From positions 1,691 to 65,690 of IMG/VR virus record IMGVR_UViG_3300040751_000264: 64,000 nucleotides of DNA. One strand, written 5' to 3'. This document shows positions 1-8,202 of the stretch, piece by piece (the stretch's first letter is position 1; every line of letters starts with the position of its first letter). The notes below the pieces were generated by a model, which was given only the letters and a program-made list of their open reading frames with translations, did not search any database and was not told the DNA's origin. Made by a program: the position numbers and the translations under genes. Source of the stretch: a virus (lineage: Duplodnaviria > Caudoviricetes).

Positions 1-258
1 AAACTTGCTAAAGTTCATAACCTTAAACACTTCAGCAATGTGTGGATTCAGATATGGCATAAGGTAATCAACCCATGGTCGTGAGAAGTCTGTTGAGTCT
101 TGCCAGTCTACCTTTGTAACATTAAGATTGTCGGTAGGATTCTCTGCCGACCCCGCCGCACTCTGATCAATAAGATCTAACAGGCTTTGCTTAATTTCCT
201 CATGCGGCTCAAAGTCTGACACAGCATATACTGAATCAAGTTTATGTTTGGTTATCAT
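1..258 (-). CDS. Partial CDS (runs off window start), possibly 2OG-Fe(II) oxygenase-like protein
   Basis: Open frame from ATG at 258 (MITKHKLDSVYAVSDFEPHEEIKQSLLDLI...) to the window edge. Catalytic C-terminal half is not visible, so the family call is tentative. Confidence 0.4.
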   Translation of the reverse strand, partial: MITKHKLDSVYAVSDFEPHEEIKQSLLDLIDQSAAGSAENPTDNLNVTKVDWQDSTDFSRPWVDYLMPYLNPHIAEVFKVMNFSKF

Positions 259-434
259 TACATGTCCTCCACAGGATCATCAAACCTATATCTTATATAC
301 ATTGCAGCAAACCTCAATCCCTCATTAAACCATCGTGTTTGATCGTCATTTTGACGTATCATTATACACTCTTCTATCTCATCAGAAAACTTTTCTCTCC
401 AATATTTTTCAATATCGTGCCTAAGTTCATCCAT
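258..434 (-). CDS. Small hypothetical protein (58 aa)
   Basis: MDELRHDIEKYWREKF...EDM*; TACAAT lies 6 nt upstream of the ATG; TAATG overlap with the next gene. Confidence 0.6.
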   Translation of the reverse strand: MDELRHDIEKYWREKFSDEIEECIMIRQNDDQTRWFNEGLRFAAMYIRYRFDDPVEDM

Positions 435-452
435 GTAACTATTGTATACCCG

Positions 453-524
453 CTGGCGTGGTAGGATTCGAACCTACAACCCATCGATTAACAGTCGATT
501 GCGCTGCCGTTGCGCCACACGCCA
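453..524 (-). tRNA. trnN: tRNA-Asn (GTT)
   Basis: Cloverleaf: acceptor TGGCGTG/CACGCCA, anticodon arm ATCGA-CTGTTAA-TCGAT, T-loop GTTCGAATC; no encoded CCA. Confidence 0.95.
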
Positions 525-528
525 TTGT

Positions 529-1155
529 TTAGTTAAAGAAAGGTGACTCTTGCCACAACTTCTTTGCTTCGTTCTGCTTGACGATCTTGCGTGACCAAGA
601 GAATCCAGCATCCCCACCCCAAGCGTCCCACATGATGCGACCATTGGATGGATTAGAAGTATTATAAAAGTCCTTGCCCTTTTTGTCAACCTCATGGCGT
701 GAGAAGAATGAATACATTCTCTTGACTGTAGATAGCGACATTGATCTGCCTGCAACAATATCAGAGGCTCTGCCCCAACCGACTGGCGTTCCCGCACCTG
801 TTGCCTTGCCCTCTTCTTTCCATCGCAGGGCACGCTTTGCGGCAGCCTTCATTCCAGCGGTTGGCCTGTAGGAATCTGCTGCCTTCACTACCGCTGGATT
901 ACATGTATCGCAAATTTCACAAGGAATATTTTCTTCCTTGCACTCTGGACAGCCACAGTTTTCGTATCCTCTTTCATATGCTCCTGCATAATCGGCCTTC
1001 TGTGGCTTAATGGGAACGCAGTTAGGAACCATTCTACCAGTGCCATCGCCTGCTGGCTTCATGCCTTCCATGCGATAACCTTCCCAGCAAGGATCTTTCT
1101 TGTCCATATTCTCTGTCATATCCTCTACGAACTCTTTCATTTCTTCACGATCCAT
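529..1155 (-). CDS. Multi-module hypothetical phage protein (CWxGY...VPNCV module, Cys-rich segment, conserved C-terminal domain); possible internal head protein
   Basis: ORF track 529..1212; ATG at 1155 preferred (7 nt after TGATACAAT). Contains PCWEGY...VPNCVP, CGCPEC...CEICDTC and ...RMYSFFSRH...WDAWGGDAG. Confidence 0.7.
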   Translation of the reverse strand: MDREEMKEFVEDMTENMDKKDPCWEGYRMEGMKPAGDGTGRMVPNCVPIKPQKADYAGAYERGYENCGCPECKEENIPCEICDTCNPAVVKAADSYRPTAGMKAAAKRALRWKEEGKATGAGTPVGWGRASDIVAGRSMSLSTVKRMYSFFSRHEVDKKGKDFYNTSNPSNGRIMWDAWGGDAGFSWSRKIVKQNEAKKLWQESPFFN

Positions 1156-1168
1156 GATATAAATTGTA

Positions 1169-1933
1169 TCACGATTTCCAAGAAACGCCCGTGTAGCCTG
1201 GAAGAACGTCATAGTCTATAGCAAAATGCTTTTTGATTATCTTAATTGATTTTGGAGACAGTTCTATGCTATCTCTTTCGCTTGCATTCAATCTTTGTAA
1301 CGGAACACTTTCTTCTATCCCTACCTCATCTAGAACATCCTGCCACTCATCATTAAGAACAGACAGATCTTTAATCATTCCAAGGTCTGAGGTAGATAGT
1401 GCTTCAAGCCTACGCACCTGTGGCCTAATAAAAGAAAAGTCGTCCTTAAATATATATCTTACAAATCCGTCTATTCCAGAAGAATTAATTACTGAATCTG
1501 CGTACCCGTGAACAAATGCTTCAGTGTATGGCCAAGCGTTGGGAAACTCTTGAGTCCTTATAATCTCTTTCCACCTCTGTCTATTTATTCTTCCAATGTG
1601 ATACTTAACGCTTGTATGGGAGAAAAAATATAACGATTTTATTAAGTCTATTGGATCTCTTACTACAGATATTTTTTTAAAGTCACCCCAGTTTTCTGGA
1701 AGAACAAAACTCTCTATGTCTTTAGCAGTAGAGTGTTTCCAAAGCATTGTTTTATTTACTTCATCTATGCTGTATCTGTCATATAGATTTTGCTGATATC
1801 TTTCACCATAGATTGTGCTGCCCATGATTATGTCTGACCAGTGTAGGTGTGGTTGCAAGGCTGTTTCTACGGATGTGCCGCCACACTTCTCTAGATGAAT
1901 AAAAACAAAGTTTCTTGATGGACTGATAATCAT
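1169..1933 (-). CDS. Sulfotransferase family protein (Sulfotransfer_2-like)
   Basis: FVFIHLEKCGGTSVE (5'-PSB loop) and VVRDPIDLIKSLYFF (3'-PB motif). Start moved to MIISP because the ORF-track start overlaps tRNA-Val. Confidence 0.8.
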   Translation of the reverse strand: MIISPSRNFVFIHLEKCGGTSVETALQPHLHWSDIIMGSTIYGERYQQNLYDRYSIDEVNKTMLWKHSTAKDIESFVLPENWGDFKKISVVRDPIDLIKSLYFFSHTSVKYHIGRINRQRWKEIIRTQEFPNAWPYTEAFVHGYADSVINSSGIDGFVRYIFKDDFSFIRPQVRRLEALSTSDLGMIKDLSVLNDEWQDVLDEVGIEESVPLQRLNASERDSIELSPKSIKIIKKHFAIDYDVLPGYTGVSWKS

Positions 1934-1937
1934 AGCG

Positions 1938-2010
1938 TGGACGATGAGAGATTCGAACTCCCGACATTCTGGGTGTAAACCAGACACTCTACCAACTGAG
2001 TTAATCGTCC
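1938..2010 (-). tRNA. trnV: tRNA-Val (TAC)
   Basis: GGACGAT/ATCGTCC acceptor, TCTGG-TTTACAC-CCAGA anticodon arm, GTTCGAATC. Confidence 0.95.
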
Positions 2011-2011
2011 G

Positions 2012-2083
2012 AGCCTCCTGTCAGATTCGAACTGACGACAACCCGCTTACAAGGCGGGTACTCTACCCCTGAGTTAAGGAGGC
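2012..2083 (-). tRNA. trnT: tRNA-Thr (TGT)
   Basis: GCCTCCT/AGGAGGC acceptor, CCCGC-CTTGTAA-GCGGG anticodon arm, GTTCGAATC. Confidence 0.95.
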
Positions 2084-2093
2084 ATTACCCAAA

Positions 2094-2324
2094 TTATACA
2101 GGGCTTGATTCAGATGGCTTCTCGTTGATCTTATAAGTCTCATCAACAATTTCAAAGGCGTAATCACGCAGGGATTCCTCATGCTTCAGAAAGTGATGGC
2201 GGCAGAAAAGAAGATCCCCTGCTACTCCATTTACCCAAACAAAAGCCTGACTCTGACAGCGATCACAACGATCACTAATTTTTAGAACATCAGAAACTTC
2301 GTTTTCCTGAACCATTGTTTCCAT
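2094..2324 (-). CDS. Small Cys/His (Zn-binding) protein resembling a conserved actinobacterial family
   Basis: DRCDRC...LLFCRHH motif; RBS AAAGGAG upstream. Confidence 0.7.
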   Translation of the reverse strand: METMVQENEVSDVLKISDRCDRCQSQAFVWVNGVAGDLLFCRHHFLKHEESLRDYAFEIVDETYKINEKPSESSPV

Positions 2325-2353
2325 TATATCTCCTTTGTTTGATTGACAAGAAT

Positions 2354-2382
2354 ATTATATCGATAAAATACCGTTGTGTCAA
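2354..2382 (-). promoter_or_regulatory. Consensus sigma70/SigA promoter TTGACA-N17-TATAAT
   Basis: Minus strand reads ttgaca caacggtattttatcga tataat, upstream of 2094..2324 and two tRNAs. Confidence 0.85.
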
Positions 2383-2384
2383 TA

Positions 2385-2966
2385 TCAGATAGGCATGAAA
2401 GAAATGTTGATAGCGTTTCTTTCTTGCATTGCAAGCAAGGTTTCCCTTGTGCCAATGTCATATCCACAAGTTATTCTATGGCCCTCATACTGACCGTTAG
2501 AATAAACTTTGTGTTGAACATCTGATGGGCCAATATAAATATTGCCCACCTTATTTTCAATCTCAAAGTTTTCAAACATGGTAACAGAGTCTTTCGGATC
2601 AATAGAAATGTATCCGTGACATGCCCAATCAAAGTGGGCGTGCCAATCTAATAGGTCATTTTCGTAGTGATAGTTTGCCCATGATTGCATCCATAGCGGC
2701 TCATCTGTTTGAAGATAGTCTCTAACAATATATTGCAAATCCTTGTATAGGTTGTAAAACATTTCATACCCCGCAGAGATAGCAAACAGGTTATAAACGT
2801 TATACCCCCATGTGGAATCAATGTCTGGGTATATTGATTTAAGTGAGTTGCGTGAACTTTCAATCTCACGAACAAATTCATCTTTGTTATCAATAATCTC
2901 AGAAGAACTATATACCTTATACCTTGGGCTTTCTCCTTCTTGCATCAGCGTTAGTCGTTCACTCAT
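2385..2966 (-). CDS. Putative 2OG-Fe(II) oxygenase-like protein
   Basis: WMQSWANYH...DWHAH...QHKV...RIT pattern (HxH...H...R) typical of phage double-stranded beta-helix oxygenases. Confidence 0.6.
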   Translation of the reverse strand: MSERLTLMQEGESPRYKVYSSSEIIDNKDEFVREIESSRNSLKSIYPDIDSTWGYNVYNLFAISAGYEMFYNLYKDLQYIVRDYLQTDEPLWMQSWANYHYENDLLDWHAHFDWACHGYISIDPKDSVTMFENFEIENKVGNIYIGPSDVQHKVYSNGQYEGHRITCGYDIGTRETLLAMQERNAINISFMPI

Positions 2967-2967
2967 G

Positions 2968-3582
2968 CTAGCCTCTGTAGTACCTTTCAAAGGTATCGCT
3001 ATTAATTGTCAAACCAAACCACGTTACCAGAACATACTTGTTTCCAGAGATGGGATGCCTAGCCTCATGTGAGTATGGGAATGTAGCAGGGAACAGCACA
3101 AGCCTACCCGCCTTTGGCTGCACACTAATATCAAATTGATCAAAGTATGTCTCCCCACCCTCTTCCACATCGTTTAGATATAGAATGGCAGACATTGCCC
3201 GTGGTGTATCTGGCCCAAAGTCATAGTGTGGCTTATAGAAACCGTCGCCAGCAAGGTACTCCAACATGGAGATCTTTTCCATATGGCTGAAGAAGATATC
3301 GTTGTCCTGTGCATACTTGTTAGCCTGAAGATAGATCTTCTGTGCTGTGCTAAAGAATACTAGCGGATTCTCAAAATGGACGGGAAACGGGAAAGAATTT
3401 GATCTGCGAGAATCAGTATCAACACTTCCATCTCCACCTAGAGCAGAGGGCATCCAGTTATCTGGGATACTGTTCGCAATATCAATAAGTTCTTGCGGGT
3501 TGTCAATTACATTATCAATAACCCTGATTCCAGGAAAGATATCTTCTCCCTCTGCAATCTCCACATCATTAACGTATAGCAT
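2968..3582 (-). CDS. Prolyl 4-hydroxylase-like 2OG-Fe(II) oxygenase
   Basis: FYKPHYD (HxD), ILYLNDVEEGGETYF, distal His (YSHEA), 2OG-binding Lys (GNKYVLVTW); strong RBS. Confidence 0.85.
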   Translation of the reverse strand: MLYVNDVEIAEGEDIFPGIRVIDNVIDNPQELIDIANSIPDNWMPSALGGDGSVDTDSRRSNSFPFPVHFENPLVFFSTAQKIYLQANKYAQDNDIFFSHMEKISMLEYLAGDGFYKPHYDFGPDTPRAMSAILYLNDVEEGGETYFDQFDISVQPKAGRLVLFPATFPYSHEARHPISGNKYVLVTWFGLTINSDTFERYYRG

Positions 3583-3609
3583 GTTTCTCCTTTTGTCAGT
3601 AGAATTTTA

Positions 3610-4263
3610 TCACAACTCTGCCTCTGAGTCTAGCCAGACTAGAGACATTGTTTTATTATGAATGACCCTAACACTTGGATCAAACCAAATCTTAAATCCA
3701 AACGACCTCGCCTTTGCACACCAAGCGGAGTCTTCTGTGGCATAAGACGCAACGGTTCCATCCTTGTTGAAAAGGAAGTTGTCGAACCACGGTCGCGGAA
3801 GTTGTTCAAACACACCTTGCTTTATACAGATAAAGCCAAAGCCGCAAGAGGTAACTATTGACTCCCTAGACACTGGTATCTGGTGTGGATAAGGAGAACT
3901 CACCTCGTCAAAGGAAATTGCAACTGTTCCATTTGTCTGCATATATGCACCTGTAACAATATCCCTTTCTGAACGATATAGTGTAAGAACATCTTCTGGC
4001 TCCCACTGAATATCAGAATCTATCCACATTATCTTGTTATATGTGAACTTTCCAGAGAAGGGCACTTCAGAATCAAACTGGTCATCATTTCTATCATTAA
4101 TTACCCTTTCTCTTGCGTGACGCAGAGTTGGTGATTCATAATTAATAAATTGCCAAGTTATCCCCTCTTCTTCTAAAACCTTAATGGTCTTAGTTAGGCT
4201 CCTGACAAATGCACCAGTGATCAAAGACCCTGGCGTTCCTATTACTATGTCGTAGTGTTCCAT
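3610..4263 (-). CDS. GT-A fold glycosyltransferase (GT2-like)
   Basis: IMWIDSDIQW (DxD), GFGFICIK, ATEDSAWC, WFDPSVRVIH. Confidence 0.8.
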   Translation of the reverse strand: MEHYDIVIGTPGSLITGAFVRSLTKTIKVLEEEGITWQFINYESPTLRHARERVINDRNDDQFDSEVPFSGKFTYNKIMWIDSDIQWEPEDVLTLYRSERDIVTGAYMQTNGTVAISFDEVSSPYPHQIPVSRESIVTSCGFGFICIKQGVFEQLPRPWFDNFLFNKDGTVASYATEDSAWCAKARSFGFKIWFDPSVRVIHNKTMSLVWLDSEAEL

Positions 4264-4276
4264 AACTTCCTTTCTG

Positions 4277-4356
4277 TGCCCGATGCTGGAATCGAACCAG
4301 CCATGCCAACGGCGACGGTTTTACAGACCGCTTCCCCACCTTGGGGACTATCGGGC
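4277..4356 (-). tRNA. trnY: tRNA-Tyr (GTA), atypical short D-arm
   Basis: GCCCGAT/ATCGGGC acceptor, GCGGT-CTGTAAA-ACCGT, long variable arm, GTTCGATTC. Confidence 0.85.
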
Positions 4357-4361
4357 TTAAG

Positions 4362-4434
4362 TGCCCCTGGCAGGAGTCGAACCTGCGACTTAAGCATTAG
4401 AAGTGCTCCACTCTGTCCTCTGAGTTACAGGGGC
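4362..4434 (-). tRNA. trnR: tRNA-Arg (TCT)
   Basis: GCCCCTG/CAGGGGC acceptor, GAGCA-CTTCTAA-TGCTT, GTTCGACTC. Confidence 0.95.
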
Positions 4435-4455
4435 GTAACATCAACTTCCCAAGCG

Positions 4456-4526
4456 AGCGGCTGACCAGAATCGAACTGGCGATAAGAGTTTGGAAGACTC
4501 TTGTGTTACCTCTACACCACAGCCGC
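4456..4526 (-). tRNA. trnG: tRNA-Gly (TCC)
   Basis: GCGGCTG/CAGCCGC acceptor, AGAGT-CTTCCAA-ACTCT, GTTCGATTC. Confidence 0.95.
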
Positions 4527-4533
4527 GAATAGG

Positions 4534-4731
4534 CTACCTTGTAGTCTTGGTCCACTGCAATTTGTATTGCTTTAGACCCATTCGATAGCACCTATTGTAC
4601 TCCTCTGCGTACTTCTTTTCAAGTGCCTCGCCTTGCTTGCCGCCAACAGACTTCTTGATAGAATCCATTGCCTTTTCTAGATCACGCAATGCACGCTGAT
4701 CTTCTTCTGTATAATCTTCTTTAGACTTCAA
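4534..4731 (-). CDS. Hypothetical protein (65 aa)
   Basis: Contiguous minus-strand ORF with GGAGG RBS and 4-nt overlap with the upstream gene. Confidence 0.6.
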   Translation of the reverse strand: MKSKEDYTEEDQRALRDLEKAMDSIKKSVGGKQGEALEKKYAEEYNRCYRMGLKQYKLQWTKTTR

Positions 4732-5216
4732 CTTGCTACCTCCAATAGTTCCTCGTTATACATTAATAGATGCGTAGGCCACACATAACTGCATTTATCG
4801 CAACATGAGATGGCCTCGTCATGCACGAACTCTGCATAAAACTCTGGGTCTTTATTATATAGATTATTACGATGGGATTGGTGGACACGCTCATCATTCC
4901 ACCACGGCGGCATTACGATGTTGCTTCCACGGTCCCAATTATCACTGTGCATCTTGGTGATTGCTGACCAGTTCTTCTCAGTAGCAATGCCACGAAACTC
5001 ACACTCTAGCATCATGTTCTCTAGATATGCGTAAAGAGCATTGTCATAGTTGCGCCACATCTTAACGGCAGGGTGATTGACCCAGCCACCCTTAGTACGG
5101 CCAGAGGACAGAATGTTGTAGATCTGACGACCCTCTAGCAGTTGCTTGTTAAGCCGCTTGTTGTCTAGCACAACAGCAGACTCATGCATGTCTGCATACG
5201 GAACAAAGGTTTGCAT
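4728..5216 (-). CDS. MSMEG_6728-family / pyrimidine-dimer DNA glycosylase-like protein
   Basis: MQTFVPY...LDNKRLNKQLLE...GWVNHPAVKMW...PPWW...VHQSHRNNL...KDPEFY signature. Confidence 0.8.
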   Translation of the reverse strand: MQTFVPYADMHESAVVLDNKRLNKQLLEGRQIYNILSSGRTKGGWVNHPAVKMWRNYDNALYAYLENMMLECEFRGIATEKNWSAITKMHSDNWDRGSNIVMPPWWNDERVHQSHRNNLYNKDPEFYAEFVHDEAISCCDKCSYVWPTHLLMYNEELLEVAS

Positions 5217-5217
5217 A

Positions 5218-5400
5218 TTAATCCATTTCAATCAGGTCCAACGGCGTTGGAGCAGTTAACTTAGTATGACAGTAAGCGCACTCACAGTCAAGTAGGTAGG
5301 AGGTAATTTCGTATGCTTCATCAAATTGAACCTGAACGGTAAATAAAGATGATCCACAGGTGACGCATTCCCTGGTGGGGATACCACGGCAGTCAAGCAT
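5218..5400 (-). CDS. Small zinc-ribbon protein
   Basis: CVTCGS...ECAYC; RBS AAGGAG. Confidence 0.7.
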   Translation of the reverse strand: MLDCRGIPTRECVTCGSSLFTVQVQFDEAYEITSYLLDCECAYCHTKLTAPTPLDLIEMD

Positions 5401-5423
5401 TATTACTCCTTATATATGACTTA

Positions 5424-5464
5424 TCCACGCCCCCAATTTTACAGGAGGCGTGGACAAATGTCAA
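5424..5464 (-). promoter_or_regulatory. SigA promoter TTGACA-N17-TAAAAT overlapping an inverted repeat (TCCACGCC...GGCGTGGA)
   Basis: -35 at 5459-5464, -10 at 5436-5441; hairpin 5424-5454 may also terminate the upstream gene. Confidence 0.8.
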
Positions 5465-5467
5465 TAA

Positions 5468-5641
5468 TTAGAGTCCTGCACGACTGAAGATTGCATCAAT
5501 TTCTTGGACATGGTGAGGGCCGAACTTTGCTGCGGCTTCCCTCTGCTTTGTCCACTCACGATGCATTGCACGGATAGCCTTTTCATCTTCGCTTGTGGCG
5601 TTTGTGAAAAGATTCTCAAAGGCACGCTTGAGTGACTTCAT
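5468..5641 (-). CDS. Small hypothetical protein (57 aa), not in ORF track
   Basis: MKSLKRAFENLF...HREWTKQREAAAKFGPHHVQEIDAIFSRAGL*; strong AAGGAGG RBS and TGATATGAT upstream. Confidence 0.75.
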   Translation of the reverse strand: MKSLKRAFENLFTNATSEDEKAIRAMHREWTKQREAAAKFGPHHVQEIDAIFSRAGL

Positions 5642-5724
5642 ATTTCCTCCTTTTGGGATTGTTGGGATATCACAATCATATCAGAGTTTTGTATGAGAGT
5701 CAAACAAAAACGATGTGATCTTCA

Positions 5725-6522
5725 TCAACTTGGCTTGCAGGGACAGTCCTTGCAATAGGTTGGAGCAGACTCCTTTGGCCTTGGCTCATAGTCATCGTTC
5801 TTAGAGAATGGAACCTTGCCAAAGATGGCCTTGTGAGCCTTCTCATCATACTCTCTGCGTTCCCAGCCCATCCAATCCTGCATTGCACGAATAGCGTTCT
5901 TTGGATATGCCTGCTCACCATCTGGAGCAACCTTGCCACTATAGAACCCTAGTTCCTTTAGTCTGCAAGCAAGCCTCCATGTTGCCTTATTCCTAGCACC
6001 TGATGCAATAGAATCTTCTAGAACATCAAAGAAGGGGATGTATCCGTCCCATACCCCGATCTCACCATCTATGAGGATTGGGATATCAAACTTCGATCCA
6101 TCTTGCTCTCCTTCTTTTGTGAAGGAAACATGCATGTGATGCTCATGACCCCAGTCACCGTTTCTCCATGTCCAGAACTGGCGTGGGTACGATCCGCTTG
6201 CAATTCTGTCTTCATATACCACATATTTGAGTCTAGAAGATCCTGGACGCTTGTTACGAGCATAAGCAATAATCTGCCTTGCCAGCCACTCGCTATCCAT
6301 CTTTGACCCTCTCAGATCCTCATCAATGTCTAGAGCATGAACATACCCACGACTATCTGGATTATGGTCGCTCTTCCTGGCGGAATGAGCAGAATCCCCT
6401 ACGATTCCATCTGACCTCTTATCTCTCTTAGGCCAACGGTCATCAATTTGCTTACGCAATGTTGTGATTCCTGCTACTGGCTTCCAACTCATTTTGCTCT
6501 CCTTTTTCTTTAAAAAACTCAT
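5725..6522 (-). CDS. Endolysin: Zn-peptidase (M15-like) domain plus probable peptidoglycan-binding domain
   Basis: GDSAHSARKSDHNPD...VHALDID...HEHHMHVSF; C-terminal LKELGFY...AIRAMQ. Alternative start at 6492. Confidence 0.75.
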   Translation of the reverse strand: MSFLKKKESKMSWKPVAGITTLRKQIDDRWPKRDKRSDGIVGDSAHSARKSDHNPDSRGYVHALDIDEDLRGSKMDSEWLARQIIAYARNKRPGSSRLKYVVYEDRIASGSYPRQFWTWRNGDWGHEHHMHVSFTKEGEQDGSKFDIPILIDGEIGVWDGYIPFFDVLEDSIASGARNKATWRLACRLKELGFYSGKVAPDGEQAYPKNAIRAMQDWMGWERREYDEKAHKAIFGKVPFSKNDDYEPRPKESAPTYCKDCPCKPS

Positions 6523-6659
6523 TTCTTTTCCATCGACTTTCTTATTCTATAAACGTCTGTGATCCAATTAGAAACAAGATGGTGATCTCCTTCTTCACAA
6601 GGAAGAAAGCATTGATGCGTTATACAAACATATTCACTATCGTCATCAAGTATATCCAT
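6519..6659 (-). CDS. Small Cys/His-rich hypothetical protein (46 aa)
   Basis: MDILDDDSEYVCITHQCFLPCEEGDHH...KK*; ATGA overlap with the endolysin. Confidence 0.5.
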   Translation of the reverse strand: MDILDDDSEYVCITHQCFLPCEEGDHHLVSNWITDVYRIRKSMEKK

Positions 6660-6682
6660 GGGCATCTCCAGACAAACATTAT

Positions 6683-6862
6683 TTATTCCATTTTATCATG
6701 TGTTGTATGAACATCTTGAACCTGCTTAAGTTGCTCTAACTCATCTTGCAGCCTATAAATTTCTGCTGTGAGATTGGCAATCTCAACCTCATATCCATGA
6801 ACCACCTTCGAATGTCTACTCAGAACATTGTTAAGTGTCTTTGTAACATATTCGTTATTCAT
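6683..6862 (-). CDS. Small coiled-coil protein (59 aa)
   Basis: MNNEYVTKTLNNVL...EIANLTAEIYRLQDELEQLKQ heptad pattern. Confidence 0.55.
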   Translation of the reverse strand: MNNEYVTKTLNNVLSRHSKVVHGYEVEIANLTAEIYRLQDELEQLKQVQDVHTTHDKME

Positions 6863-7061
6863 CTATTATCTCCAATTCATGATTCTCAAACATGCTTTTA
6901 CATACCTGGGCATTCGACCATCTCTCTGCTGATTTACGAGACAGAAACTTTGCCTTATTTATTGATGTTATTTGGTTTGACATAAATTCTTCAGACCATT
7001 CTTTTTTAAAAATGCTGGCCTGAATTATCAAACCTTTTCTACAAATTTTTGCAACATACAT
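6855..7061 (-). CDS. Hypothetical protein
   Basis: ORF track 6855..7082; ATG at 7061 has an AAAGGA RBS. Confidence 0.5.
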   Translation of the reverse strand: MYVAKICRKGLIIQASIFKKEWSEEFMSNQITSINKAKFLSRKSAERWSNAQVCKSMFENHELEIIDE

Positions 7062-7082
7062 GCTCGTTCCTTTTCCGAACAA

Positions 7083-7595
7083 TTATACATCAAAGCGTGC
7101 CCAGTAAGCACCCGTTATGTTGCCAAGCCAATGGTCTTGGATGCCAGGGAACGTGCTTAAAACCTCTTTGTGGCTCCAATCCTCTTTAACGTGCTCTTCA
7201 TAAGGATTGCCATTAATTGCATGTTGATGATAATTAATAATTGGAATAGAAATTACACCATACTTACATTTACGAGATGCCTTTGTCCAAACATCAAACG
7301 CCTCTTCTTGAGTCATATGCTCTAGAACATCGCCAAAGATTACTAAGTCATGATGATACTTGGTAAACTCTCTAATGTCTTCTTTGTATACCTTGTTGTA
7401 CTTATCCTTTAGAGAAAAGGTATCAATATATGGCTGCCAAATCTCTACTGCATCCATTGTAGGATTAAAACCCTTGTTGTAAAAATAATCTCTATATGTC
7501 CCTGAGCCAGCACCAACATCAAGGACTGTTTTAACTCTTGCCCTTTTTGCTTTTTCCATAATCCAAGGCTTTGTTTCAGGATGTGAAGTTCCCAT
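7083..7595 (-). CDS. Class I SAM-dependent methyltransferase
   Basis: VLDVGAGSG motif I, DAVEI, GDVLEHM. Confidence 0.85.
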   Translation of the reverse strand: MGTSHPETKPWIMEKAKRARVKTVLDVGAGSGTYRDYFYNKGFNPTMDAVEIWQPYIDTFSLKDKYNKVYKEDIREFTKYHHDLVIFGDVLEHMTQEEAFDVWTKASRKCKYGVISIPIINYHQHAINGNPYEEHVKEDWSHKEVLSTFPGIQDHWLGNITGAYWARFDV

Positions 7596-8202
7596 TTACA
7601 TACTCCTCCATTAATTTATTGTAATTAAGTTCTGATGTTACTCTGTGTGCAGGATGATAAAGGTGATAATCAAATCCATCAACGTAGTGTGCGTTGCCAA
7701 GTTTTGCCTTGATCAATATGTGAAAAGCATCGTCTTCTGCACCCCAACCAATAAAGCCTTCGTCCATTCCTCCAACCTTTTGCCAAAGGCTTTTCTTTAT
7801 TACATATGCTCCGCCTGTAAAATTCTTCTCTGGATCATTGATAAAACTGTCTGTGTTGGGCTTGAAGTTATTTTTACCAACATAAAAAGAGTTTGTTGCC
7901 TCTTCTGTTAGATATCCAAAGTGTGAGAAAGGCTTGACAAGGCAATCTTTTCTTGCCGCCACCTTGATGGCAGACTTTATCTGTGATATTTCTATATAGT
8001 TGTCTGCATCTATTAGAACAGCAACCTCAGATTCTGATTTTTCCACCCCTGCATTTCTCGCAGCAGAACGATTAAACTTTCCCTCATTGTCTCCTATTAC
8101 AACGTCAAACTCTTTTGAATAATAATCATACAAAAAATCAAAGTGTTTTCTCCTATAAACGCAGTCTGGATCTCTCCAGGGTAGGATTACTTGCTGCCTC
8201 AT
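7576..8202 (-). CDS. Glycosyltransferase (GT2 with GT7 C-terminal-like motif)
   Basis: FNRSAARNAG, LIDAD (DxD), GGMDEGFIGWGAEDD, HLYH. Confidence 0.85.
   Translation of the reverse strand: MRQQVILPWRDPDCVYRRKHFDFLYDYYSKEFDVVIGDNEGKFNRSAARNAGVEKSESEVAVLIDADNYIEISQIKSAIKVAARKDCLVKPFSHFGYLTEEATNSFYVGKNNFKPNTDSFINDPEKNFTGGAYVIKKSLWQKVGGMDEGFIGWGAEDDAFHILIKAKLGNAHYVDGFDYHLYHPAHRVTSELNYNKLMEEYVNGNFTS

Noticed and set aside
474-833. 119-aa minus-strand ORF and other short ORFs overlapping tRNAs (4255..4464, 4397..4591)
   Set aside because: They overlap clear tRNA genes or better-supported CDSs.
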